A stretch of DNA of 16,409 nt from a virus. The DNA lies in the IMG/VR virus record IMGVR_UViG_3300045988_104897, positions 1-16,409 of that record; one strand, given 5' to 3'. This document shows positions 6,831-14,831 of the stretch, one piece after another (within the stretch, counting starts at the first letter, position 1; each line of letters starts with the position of its first letter). The notes under the pieces were generated by a model. It did no database searches and was not told the origin of the DNA. It was given only the letters and a program-made list of their open reading frames with translations. The translations under genes were made by a program, and so were the position numbers.

Positions 6831-8890
6831 TATTTCACCTCTCTATCGTAGCCATAAATTCCTTGTATAGGTGCATTATCAGCGCCATAGGTACGGCCTA
6901 TATCGCCGGGGTTTCGCCACACGGTAACGCCTTTTTCAAAAATGCCGCGAATAGCGTTTTTAACGCCTTCATCAGCAGTAGAGCAGATAATAGACGTATC
7001 GAGCATCTTCCAATATGTGTATTTTTCCATACACATAAAGTCTTTTTGCGGCACCAGATATTGGCGGATCGCATATCCGTATTTCAAAAAGTAATTACCC
7101 ACAATTTCCTGCATCTGGGTAGTAATCGTTTTATAGCGAATCTGCACGATCATCATACCATTTGACAGATTGAAACCGTCTCCAGCCATTTGCCCCGACT
7201 GGCTAGGCTGCGTAAGTGCGGCATCCTGAACCGTTGCATCAATTCCAGCTATGGCGTTCTGATAATCGCCCTTAGCTGACCAGTCTGATAGGTTTTTGTT
7301 CTGATCGGCAAACTGCCCAGCTAGTTGCTGGTTATTTTGGAACTGCAAATTAGATGCTACTAAATTAGTAGCTCCACCAGCAACGCCCATCACAACACCT
7401 GCGGGGTTTCCAGCCATACCGCTAGACAATGCAGACAATCCCATGTTAATGCCCTGCTGTATGTTGCTAATATCCTGGTTAGCCTGGTTATTAGCTAGCT
7501 GTTGTTGTGCCTGGTCATACGTCAATTGATTACCCGCTAAGCTTTTTTGCTGTGACCAGCCGGCGGCGTTATAGCTAAATTGGCGGCGGTTGGTGGTGCT
7601 TGCAAGGTAATTAACATACTCGTCATTGACGATTGACATTTGCGGGAAGTCTTGAAACCAGATTGCCGTATCGAGCCAATACCCATAATTAACTTCATGC
7701 GTTTTCTCGGAATATTGCCCATGGGTGTAGTCCATCGTATAATAGCCAGCTTTTCCGTAACCAGAATCTCCCACCGCTTCACCGTAATGCGCAGGGAAAA
7801 AAGCAATTTTCTGGTATGGCGGTGCAGCGCAAGCCATTTGCTTTAACGTCAATTTTTTATCATTGACCATTTCAGGCTTTAGCAATAAGGAATTACCTTG
7901 GTAATTAACAATTTCAATAACAGCGTAAGGGAAGCATTTTAACTTATCTACGAATTTAAAATCAGCGTTAGTAAGTCTGCCAAGCTGCTCTAGAATTGGC
8001 TCTTCCGAAGTAAAATACACGCCTTCATCGGGCGTATCGCCTAAAAAGTGCGCATCAATGCCATTTAGTGACACGCTTGGGCCATCAGTCAAAACGGTTT
8101 TTGGAAATGCCGAAATTGAAACGATTCCTTTTGCTACCCAAGGAGCGTCACGAACCTTCTTCATGAAATCTAAATAATTCCACGATTCAATTGCATAAAC
8201 ATTGCAGCCGCTTGCTAGACCGTCAGTCATTTGTCCATCAGCGGTTTTTAGCGATGGATTATCGCGAGTGCCCCAATCGGATGCAAGGTCGGTATTGCTT
8301 TGTATGATAACAGCCCATTTTTTGGCGCTCAAATCGAACATTTCAGCGCGCGAAATTGTGTACTCGCTGCCGACGTCCAGCCCTTCGCTTGCAACGCCAA
8401 ATATGCGCATTGTCTCTGCCGCGTTGTATTTGCCCGATTCAAGCCGGTTATGCATTGCAGCCATTGCCAAATGCCCACGCTCAACAAAGCAAACTCCCAA
8501 ACGGAACTGCCATAAATAAGTCTGGAAAACATCGAGCTGCAAAGTAAGCGCCGTAGTGGAAGGGTTCAGCATAGCCGCACCCTCGATAAAGTAGTAAAAG
8601 CGTGGCGGCGTTACGTCGTCGGGATCATCGGTTTTAGGATTATCGACGATTAAATAATTGTAGGTATAAGCCTTGTAGAAAGGCACATCAATATTGATAG
8701 GCTCATTCGGCTTCAAATACGTGTAATTATCTAAAACAATTGATTCACTTTTAAGCGAATCGAAATATTCAGTTCGTTTCTCAGGTGACTCAAAGGACAC
8801 AACATCCTTATATGAATCGTCCCACGCCACCCTGCAAAGGGTGACGCGGGACTGAATCGCCCAACTAAACGGTGTTACGCTAGTTGGCAT
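6830..8890 (-). CDS. Tail knob / distal tail tube protein, phi29 gp9-like
   Basis: LDVFQTYLWQFRLGVCFVERGH (phi29 [22 protein letters not shown]). C-terminal YFLKYGYAIRQ...GIFEKGVTVWRNPGDIG (phi29 FFHKYGYKINR...TIFDNGITLWHTDNIG). I chose the start at ATG 8890 (AAGGAG 10 nt upstream) over the GTG at 8899. Confidence 0.9.
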   Translation of the reverse strand: MPTSVTPFSWAIQSRVTLCRVAWDDSYKDVVSFESPEKRTEYFDSLKSESIVLDNYTYLKPNEPINIDVPFYKAYTYNYLIVDNPKTDDPDDVTPPRFYYFIEGAAMLNPSTTALTLQLDVFQTYLWQFRLGVCFVERGHLAMAAMHNRLESGKYNAAETMRIFGVASEGLDVGSEYTISRAEMFDLSAKKWAVIIQSNTDLASDWGTRDNPSLKTADGQMTDGLASGCNVYAIESWNYLDFMKKVRDAPWVAKGIVSISAFPKTVLTDGPSVSLNGIDAHFLGDTPDEGVYFTSEEPILEQLGRLTNADFKFVDKLKCFPYAVIEIVNYQGNSLLLKPEMVNDKKLTLKQMACAAPPYQKIAFFPAHYGEAVGDSGYGKAGYYTMDYTHGQYSEKTHEVNYGYWLDTAIWFQDFPQMSIVNDEYVNYLASTTNRRQFSYNAAGWSQQKSLAGNQLTYDQAQQQLANNQANQDISNIQQGINMGLSALSSGMAGNPAGVVMGVAGGATNLVASNLQFQNNQQLAGQFADQNKNLSDWSAKGDYQNAIAGIDATVQDAALTQPSQSGQMAGDGFNLSNGMMIVQIRYKTITTQMQEIVGNYFLKYGYAIRQYLVPQKDFMCMEKYTYWKMLDTSIICSTADEGVKNAIRGIFEKGVTVWRNPGDIGRTYGADNAPIQGIYGYDREVK

Positions 8891-8904
8891 GTATAACACT
8901 CTCC

Positions 8905-10287
8905 TTAGGCTTTAGCAGCAAGGACAATATTAGCAGACTTTCTGTTATCGGCATTGGAAATTGCCGTAACTGTGATACCGGTATACTTGCTATTTTCGGA
9001 AACGTGCAAAACTCCCATTCGGTCGATATACGTACCAGTGTCTGGGAGTACAACATTCCAAACACCTATCCTCGCGTCGGCTGCCGTCTGACCAGTGATA
9101 ATAGTATAGGCTCGACCATCGGTAGAAGTATCGGAATAGGTTACCACGGTATCAAGCGCAATTTCTGCACCAGGCTCAATAACCTCGCTTCCTTCAACCG
9201 GATCATGCAAATTAACTTCAACCTTGGTAACCGTGCGAGTAGGTGCCGCCGTGATATTGCTCTCCTCAACCGTAGACAGAAGCAAGGCATTACGCATTGG
9301 CGAAGCAGAGTACACGCCCCAATGGTGATAGTAATAATCAAGGTCAAGCGTTGCAGGATTGTAAATAGAAGCACTCTTAATTTTGGTATCGGTGCACACA
9401 TAAAAATCGCGATCTATTAGAGCAACATCGGTACCGGGGATATTAAAATCATCAATTACGACGGTGCGATCTGCAATAAAGTTTGCTTTATCCATGTTGA
9501 AAGCAGCTGCCAAAACAGAAACATCGAAATTTGCAAAGAAACGCGGCGTACCTGCGAGCACCAGATCATCAGAAGTTACCTGCATACCAGCGTTGTTGTA
9601 CTTGGTATTGTAAAAGTTTTTCATCTGCAAATAATGCTCACGAAGAACTGCCGCAATGGTTTCACCAGCAACGCGCTTTTCATCAACACTAATGCCACCT
9701 GCGAACATGTCAGGAACGCGAATAGTCGCCATTCCCTCGCCGTCATGAACCTTGCGCAAAATATCGCGCATGATCAAATATTCGTCGTTCTCGTCGGACT
9801 GCTGAGGAAGAGCAAGCAAGCCATTGATAAATGCGGAAAGTTGCCCATCCTGAACGAAAGCCTCTTCCAGCATATCCTCATTCAATCGCAAATCGTAACG
9901 GTCACGGCGATTTACGGAATGATAAATGACCTTAACGTCTGGCTTTTCGGCACCAAAAACGTTGGTATCGTTCGGATCATACGCCTTAGCCTTAATGAGG
10001 TTTGCGCCAATTTCCTGAACAACACCGCCATAGGCCATTGCGCCAGTTTTAAATGGCTTCAATCGATTTTCAAATGAATTGGTGCGGAAAAGAGTGAGGC
10101 CGATACGCTGCACAAGCACCTGAATGAATTCATTCCAGAGCAGCGAATTGTCCTGCAAAAGCGCAAGCGTTTTAGTGAGGTTGTTATCGGTAGTCTCGGG
10201 AATTCGCGCGCGGTACTGCTCAGATGCATTGTTTCGCACGGCGTTAATAATTGCGGCATTGTTTGCCGCTACCTTACTAGCTGCCAT
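8905..10287 (-). CDS. Major capsid protein, phi29 gp8-like (HK97 fold) with a C-terminal Ig-like (BIG2-type) domain
   Basis: IINAVRNNASEQYRARIP (phi29 IVNAIRNSQGDNFKSYVP), FIQVLVQRIGLTLFR, DVSVLAAAFNMDKANFIADRTVVIDDF (phi29 [26 protein letters not shown]) and YYYHHWGVYSAS. The C-terminal roughly 110 aa form a beta-rich Ig-like tail. Confidence 0.93.
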   Translation of the reverse strand: MAASKVAANNAAIINAVRNNASEQYRARIPETTDNNLTKTLALLQDNSLLWNEFIQVLVQRIGLTLFRTNSFENRLKPFKTGAMAYGGVVQEIGANLIKAKAYDPNDTNVFGAEKPDVKVIYHSVNRRDRYDLRLNEDMLEEAFVQDGQLSAFINGLLALPQQSDENDEYLIMRDILRKVHDGEGMATIRVPDMFAGGISVDEKRVAGETIAAVLREHYLQMKNFYNTKYNNAGMQVTSDDLVLAGTPRFFANFDVSVLAAAFNMDKANFIADRTVVIDDFNIPGTDVALIDRDFYVCTDTKIKSASIYNPATLDLDYYYHHWGVYSASPMRNALLLSTVEESNITAAPTRTVTKVEVNLHDPVEGSEVIEPGAEIALDTVVTYSDTSTDGRAYTIITGQTAADARIGVWNVVLPDTGTYIDRMGVLHVSENSKYTGITVTAISNADNRKSANIVLAAKA

Positions 10288-10289
10288 AA

Positions 10290-10583
10290 TTAATTCTCCT
10301 TATCTGCAAACAAATCATCAATAGATTTCTCTGCAATTTCTTCCTGCGATTCTTCACCCTCTTCGCCCTCGTCAGCAGCGGGAGCGGTTGCGGCGACCAG
10401 CAATTCATAGTTACGCGCGGCGGTTTCCTGATACTTGCGCTCAGCTTCGTCAAGCTTTTCCTCAAGCTCGGAAAGTCGCGCCTGCATTCCTGCCGAAAGA
10501 TCGGCAACGCCTTGGGATACACCGTTACGCCATTCTGACAAATCATCAATTTCGTCCATTGCCAAAAGCTCATCTAGCGTCAT
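10290..10583 (-). CDS. Scaffolding protein, phi29 gp7-like: 97 aa, acidic, coiled-coil
   Basis: It lies directly upstream of the capsid gene and is Glu/Asp/Leu-rich and helical. Its size matches phi29 gp7 (98 aa). AAGGAGG sits 7 nt upstream of the ATG. Confidence 0.7.
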   Translation of the reverse strand: MTLDELLAMDEIDDLSEWRNGVSQGVADLSAGMQARLSELEEKLDEAERKYQETAARNYELLVAATAPAADEGEEGEESQEEIAEKSIDDLFADKEN

Positions 10584-10597
10584 TGGTTTTCCTCCTT

Positions 10598-10642
10598 AAT
10601 AAAATAACCCCTGGTCTATAGCCTTATAGGCATGACCAGGGG
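10598..10642 (-). terminator. Intrinsic terminator-like hairpin, - strand: CCCCUGGUC...GACCAGGGG followed by UUAUUUUAUU
   Basis: A 9-bp GC-rich stem (10608-10616 with 10634-10642) encloses an inner GCCU/AGGC helix. The U-rich tract at 10598-10607 runs straight into the scaffold SD. Confidence 0.6.
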
Positions 10643-10770
10643 TTTAAAGGTCAAGCGCGGCAATTCCGCGAACGCTGATTAAAAAGCCTTGCACTGCTCG
10701 CTATGTAAGGATACCTCACGGTATTGCATTCCTTAATAACTACTTACCAGCGCAGGGGGTGCGCACGCTT
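10598..10770 (-). ncRNA. Candidate structured RNA of roughly 170 nt (pRNA-like packaging RNA, or leader/attenuator of the late operon)
   Basis: Non-coding gap between endolysin and scaffold. The predicted TSS is near 10770 and the terminator ends near 10600. Stem-loops: 10750-10764 (C5 loop), 10707-10734 (GUGA loop plus outer AAGG/CCUU), 10656-10670 (AAUUG loop) and 10608-10642. Confidence 0.3.
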
Positions 10771-10776
10771 AATTGC

Positions 10777-10805
10777 TTTATAGCACTAACCGAGCAATTT
10801 TGCAA
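10777..10805 (-). promoter_or_regulatory. Candidate promoter, - strand: -35 TTGCAA, 17-bp spacer, extended -10 TGcTATAAA, overlapping the endolysin stop codon
   Basis: The - strand reads TTGCAAaattgctcggttagTGcTATAAA. The -35 is at 10800-10805, TG at 10784-10785 and the -10 at 10777-10782. It has the same extended -10 architecture as the ITR promoter. Confidence 0.5.
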
Positions 10806-11826
10806 ACGTTTTTTTACCCGCGATACCATCAACGCTAAGACCGTGATCGGCCTGGTACTGGCGAACTGCCGAATCGGTGCCGCTGCCAAAGATACCATCA
10901 AAACCGTTAGTATCGTAATTATTACAGATAAGTACACCTTGCAAAACCTTGGTAATGTTTCCTCGCGCTCCCTTGCGAACATTTACGCAGGCCGCGCGCG
11001 TTTTTGGTCCCCAAATGCCATCAACAGCAAGGCCCTTGCCGAACTGTTTATTCAGCTCGCTTTGCAAAACTTTGAGTAAAGCGCGCTTAGTGTTTGGTCC
11101 GTAAATTCCGTCTTGCGCTGATCCCGCCCATGCTTGCACGTTCGCAACATCGCAATTGGCGGGGGCGGTCGGCTTAGGCGTTGGCGTTGGCTCGGGCGTT
11201 ACTGGCGCGCCACTTCCTGCCGCAATCTTTCCCCATGCTTCGCGGTTAAGCTGTGCATAATTGCGATCGGTCGCGCCATTAGACGAGGAATATTGCCAAA
11301 TAGTCCACGTTTTCCACGGGTCTGTACCGTATCTAAAGCTCGGCATATCCCACGAATTGCGGTAATCGGGATAACCAGCCAGCCACAAGCCGCAAGCATC
11401 GGCGCAGTTTGCCGCCTGGCTTCGCCCAGAAGCTTGTACGTAAATCAAGCACCAAACGCCCGTCAATTCGTGGATTTTGTCAACAAAGCGGCGGCACCAG
11501 TTCGAATCTCCCCATGCTTTGTTCTGTATAGATTCCCAATCAAGGCAGGGTATACCATGCCCAAAATACCCTCGGCACTGCACATAGAAAAATTCAGCTT
11601 CTGCAATAGGATCGTTACCGCCTGCATAGTGGTAAAATCCCCACAGTTTGCCGTCAGCTTTGCAGCGGTTAATAATAGCGTCGCACTGCCTATGCACATA
11701 CGTAACGCCTTGCGTTGCTTTTACAATGACAAAATCAGAATCACGGTAGCATGATTCCGTGTTCGCCTTAAATTCCGACCCGTTAAAATTGTCATGGCTC
11801 GATACGTCAATGCCTTTAATCATCAT
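10786..11826 (-). CDS. Endolysin: GH25 muramidase plus C-terminal PG_binding_1 repeats
   Basis: GH25 pattern KGIDVSSHD, FVIVKATQG, GFYHY, LWLAGY. A Pro/Thr linker (PVTPEPTPTPKPT) follows. Then come repeats DGIYGPNTKRAL, VDGIWGPKTRAA, FDGIFGSGTDSAVRQYQ and VDGIAGKKTFAKL. AGGAG sits 7 nt upstream. Confidence 0.9.
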   Translation of the reverse strand: MMIKGIDVSSHDNFNGSEFKANTESCYRDSDFVIVKATQGVTYVHRQCDAIINRCKADGKLWGFYHYAGGNDPIAEAEFFYVQCRGYFGHGIPCLDWESIQNKAWGDSNWCRRFVDKIHELTGVWCLIYVQASGRSQAANCADACGLWLAGYPDYRNSWDMPSFRYGTDPWKTWTIWQYSSSNGATDRNYAQLNREAWGKIAAGSGAPVTPEPTPTPKPTAPANCDVANVQAWAGSAQDGIYGPNTKRALLKVLQSELNKQFGKGLAVDGIWGPKTRAACVNVRKGARGNITKVLQGVLICNNYDTNGFDGIFGSGTDSAVRQYQADHGLSVDGIAGKKTFAKLLG

Positions 11827-12181
11827 TTTTTGACTCCTTTAACTTCAAAAGTGCTGCTAGTGGCGAATCGCTCAATTCGGGCGATAGAGTACACAAATTC
11901 TCAAAAATTGAAATTGCTTCGGTGATAATCACGTACACGCAAACGCCGCCAAAAACCGCACTAAAAGACGTTGGCAAAAGCTCATAATTAACCGCCAATT
12001 GACAACCATAACCAAGCGCCATTGCACCGATAAATCCCGCCTTATGCCATAGACCCAGGCGCATTTTTGTACTGCATAATTCCTTATTTTTGACCGCTTT
12101 AATCACGCCTGATAGATAATCACCCACGATAAAACATAGGCAAAAAACGGCAGCGATTCCGTCACTACCCAAAATATCCAT
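11816..12181 (-). CDS. Holin (phage_holin_4_1 / LL-H type)
   Basis: 121 aa with three hydrophobic segments. The DYLSGVIKAVKNKELCSTKMRLGLWHK motif is typical of this holin family, and the C-terminus is charged. It overlaps the endolysin start by 11 nt. Confidence 0.8.
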   Translation of the reverse strand: MDILGSDGIAAVFCLCFIVGDYLSGVIKAVKNKELCSTKMRLGLWHKAGFIGAMALGYGCQLAVNYELLPTSFSAVFGGVCVYVIITEAISIFENLCTLSPELSDSPLAALLKLKESKNDD

Positions 12182-12190
12182 TCTGTCCTC

Positions 12191-13936
12191 TTATCTAATC
12201 GAAAATGGCCTTGGCACAAGTATAACGCCGCCTTTAACTGCTTGCGGTACGATTTTCCACTTCGATTTATCATGGTAAACCTCGGGCACGTTTTCGCATT
12301 TTTCAAAATCTGTGGTAAATCCAGGGTGAAAATCCTCAATACACATAATCTGTTTAAGCGGATCAACCATTCCCGCACAGGTGTACTCCCATGGTTTGAC
12401 GATCAAATTACCGTTTTTGTCGTGTGTGTACTCTGCTTCTGCGTATGTTTTAGCGCGCAAGCAAACGCAGTCGGCAAAAGCTGCTTCTAAATCCCAATAA
12501 CCTAGTTTTTTAGAATCAATCAAAATATCGCTTGATATTTCTGAACCAATAAAATGAATTGAGTCGGTGTCAGAATAGATAAAGCGATCGCCAAACTTTA
12601 GCGCCGTGCGAATGGTATAATCACGCGCCCAGGCAGTAACAAAAATTCCGACTGGCAAATACACGGGCCTACGCTCGGTTTCCTCCCCCATCACGTAATG
12701 CACAATACCATCAGAATCAAGGCGCGGCACCTTGCCACGTACTTTAATTTTTTGCGCGTATTTTCCATAAGCGTTATTTAACCACAGTTTCCAATTCATG
12801 CGCTCACCGGGGCTTTTAGCGTTCATCTTGCCAACCATGCCAGCATCAACGTATTCCTTGAATAGACCAGTAACGCCGCGAAAATAATACGTATCGCCGT
12901 ACGCTATTACGTCTACCTCGTAGCATTCATTTATCAGTGCCCAATCTACATTGGTAAGCATCATAGTAATAGGATCGTCTATATCGGTTTGGTATTCGCG
13001 ATCGCTAAAAAATAGGCTGCCCTTAACCTGGATACACGGCAATTTGCCGTTTTTCAAATGCGCTGAAAAGGTTATTTCACTGATCCAAAGCGGGTAATTT
13101 TCGCTTTTAATTGGCTTTCCTGGATGCAAAAGCGGCTTACCTACTGGCAAGCATCTATCATGCATAACAAAAGGATAAAGCGAATTTACGTCAATTCGCC
13201 CGCCCTCCCCTAGGTGCTTATTTACATGCGCGGGGTTTGCGTATACGTAACCACCTCGATACGCTTTTCGAAGTATTGAATCTAGCTCGGGGTCAAGCTC
13301 GGGAAACTTAACGCGCCATTGGCGTTTACCGAATAGATCCTTTAGCGCGGCTAAACAGTCTGCGCCAGTGGTTAATTTAGCGCCTAATTCAAAGCGATGA
13401 TCGAGCGCTTTAGCCAGGATCAAAACATCGCGGCGCAAATAGTCCAATTCAAGCGCGGTTAAAATATGCCCTGGCTCACGGTATTCGTTATAGTCTATCT
13501 CGCCTTTAGTCATTGGCAAACCGTAAGCATCCGCAACATTTGCGAGCGTCATAGGCAGTTTTTTATAACTGTCTGCGATTTCAAAAGTAGAACATTCGGT
13601 CGTAATTTGCATATGGTAGAACTTGCCTAAGCTATCCATAAGCAAAGTAAATTCTCCCGCGCCTGGCTCGCGCGCCTCGACGTGTATAAAACCAGTTGTG
13701 AGCAGCCATGAAATAATAAATTTACTATCAAATCCAGCGTTGTGAAACCAATAGCGGCCTGGATGATCGAACGCCCATGCCATAAATGATTCTATGCTAG
13801 TGCCATATTCAAATAGATCATCTGTGTTGGCACCAACTGGGGCAACTCCCCATGCCCATACAGGATTTGCAGCACAACCCTCTGCGCTAGTGTTGGTTTC
13901 AAAATCGGCCGAATATTCAATAACAGGCTTTTTCAT
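12191..13936 (-). CDS. Protein-primed family-B DNA polymerase, phi29 gp2-like
   Basis: ExoI YSADFETNT (phi29 YSCDFETTT), ExoII FHNAGFDSKFIISWL, ExoIII YLRRDVLILAKAL. Motif A DVNSLYPFVM, motif B KLWLNNAYGKYA, motif C YSDTDSIHF, and the C-terminal CAGM. Confidence 0.97.
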   Translation of the reverse strand: MKKPVIEYSADFETNTSAEGCAANPVWAWGVAPVGANTDDLFEYGTSIESFMAWAFDHPGRYWFHNAGFDSKFIISWLLTTGFIHVEAREPGAGEFTLLMDSLGKFYHMQITTECSTFEIADSYKKLPMTLANVADAYGLPMTKGEIDYNEYREPGHILTALELDYLRRDVLILAKALDHRFELGAKLTTGADCLAALKDLFGKRQWRVKFPELDPELDSILRKAYRGGYVYANPAHVNKHLGEGGRIDVNSLYPFVMHDRCLPVGKPLLHPGKPIKSENYPLWISEITFSAHLKNGKLPCIQVKGSLFFSDREYQTDIDDPITMMLTNVDWALINECYEVDVIAYGDTYYFRGVTGLFKEYVDAGMVGKMNAKSPGERMNWKLWLNNAYGKYAQKIKVRGKVPRLDSDGIVHYVMGEETERRPVYLPVGIFVTAWARDYTIRTALKFGDRFIYSDTDSIHFIGSEISSDILIDSKKLGYWDLEAAFADCVCLRAKTYAEAEYTHDKNGNLIVKPWEYTCAGMVDPLKQIMCIEDFHPGFTTDFEKCENVPEVYHDKSKWKIVPQAVKGGVILVPRPFSIR

Positions 13937-14742
13937 TTGCCGATGAATTGCAAAAGTTCTTTTAACGCTGTTTCAGATGCAGTCGATTCACCAGCGCTAG
14001 GGGAGCGATGGCCCTCTTCATACTCTGTTTGATACTGCCATGTATCGACCAATACCCCAAAATCAGTGTAAAAATGAAGGTATGACATTTCATCAGCTGA
14101 CAATTTTGAAAGCCTCTTCAAAAGTGATTCGTCTATATCATTGTCTCTTAGCTTATTAATAACGGCTTGCTTGTATTGCAAAAGCCTATCAGTATCAAGC
14201 GAGGAAGTAAGGCGCGATTTGATTTTCTCGTAGCTTGATTTTGCGCCTGGTTTAAATTCCGTCTCACGAATTACGGGCTTGATAGCGCTAAAACGCCCGT
14301 CGTCTATAGCGTATTCCATCGGCGATTCAATAAAATCAATGTTACGTACTTGCGATTCGGGGATTTTATTTAAAACAGTTTCGCGAATGCTTTTAAGTCG
14401 AGCGGCATTTTCAGCCCGAATAACGTTCAATTCGGCTTCTTCCAAGCGGCGTTGCCATAATTCAGTGCTCATTATGGGCGTTCCCTCGCGCTGAATTACT
14501 ACCTCGATACCTTTGTTAAAGGTATATGCGTTTTCACGGGCGTTAAATTCGCGAAGCTTCTGCGCATACTGGCGTTTTTCAACCGCGCTCATTCCTTTTA
14601 GCTCGGCTGCTGGAATTACTGGATTAAAAGCGGCTGAAATTTGCGCATTAATTGCACCTTTCTTGCGCAAGCGGTATAATTTGTTTCGGGCATTCTTTTG
14701 CAAGCGCGACACTTCTTTGTCTAACTCGGTTCGCTTCTTCAT
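13933..14742 (-). CDS. Terminal protein (replication primer), phi29 gp3-like, 269 aa
   Basis: It lies directly upstream of the polymerase with an ATGA stop/start overlap. The N-terminus is basic: VSRLQKNARNKLYRLRKKG (phi29 YARLVKNTKAKIARTKKKYG). Its size matches phi29 TP (266 aa). I chose the start at ATG 14742 (AGGAGG upstream) over the SD-less ATG at 14781. Confidence 0.75.
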   Translation of the reverse strand: MKKRTELDKEVSRLQKNARNKLYRLRKKGAINAQISAAFNPVIPAAELKGMSAVEKRQYAQKLREFNARENAYTFNKGIEVVIQREGTPIMSTELWQRRLEEAELNVIRAENAARLKSIRETVLNKIPESQVRNIDFIESPMEYAIDDGRFSAIKPVIRETEFKPGAKSSYEKIKSRLTSSLDTDRLLQYKQAVINKLRDNDIDESLLKRLSKLSADEMSYLHFYTDFGVLVDTWQYQTEYEEGHRSPSAGESTASETALKELLQFIGK

Positions 14743-14784
14743 TGCCCCTCCTAATCTCCTGCCCCTCCTAGTGAGGGGCATTCT

Positions 14785-14814
14785 TTTAACAAAAGGGCGG
14801 CATTTCTGCCGCCC
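14785..14814 (-). terminator. Intrinsic terminator after the SSB gene: GGGCGGCA-GAAA-UGCCGCCC followed by UUUUGUU
   Basis: An 8-bp GC stem (14795-14802 with 14807-14814) with a GAAA tetraloop on the - strand transcript. The U-tract is at 14785-14794. It sits between SSB and the terminal protein gene. Confidence 0.75.
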
Positions 14815-14831
14815 TTAAAGTTTACCGCAAT

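Noticed and set aside
6674-7165. Long + strand ORFs antisense to structural and lysis genes (6674-7165, 8884-9420, 9634-10077, 11134-11754)
   Set aside because: Each lies wholly inside a - strand gene that has strong phi29 or Pfam-type motifs. Their translations are low-complexity or Cys/Arg-rich, and I saw no SD.
10623-10654. Possible late promoter TTGACC ... TATAAG spanning the 10608-10642 hairpin
   Set aside because: The spacer is 20 bp, which is too long for a sigma-A promoter, and the -10 would sit in the hairpin loop. The upstream TTGCAA-17-TGcTATAAA candidate is much better. The inverted repeat could still be a protein operator rather than a terminator.
14743-14781. Longer N-terminal extensions offered by the ORF track (TP from 14781, tail knob from GTG 8899, 275-aa protein from 5290, 1027 start, GTG 15925)
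   Set aside because: In each case a downstream ATG has a properly spaced SD, while the upstream start has none or a 1-nt spacer. The longer forms cannot be excluded without N-terminal proteomics.
14815-14831. Promoter for TP/polymerase between SSB and the terminator (TTGCGG ... AGAAAT)
   Set aside because: It matches only 3/6 in the -10 and has no TG extension. It would also fire into the terminator stem. Read-through is more plausible.
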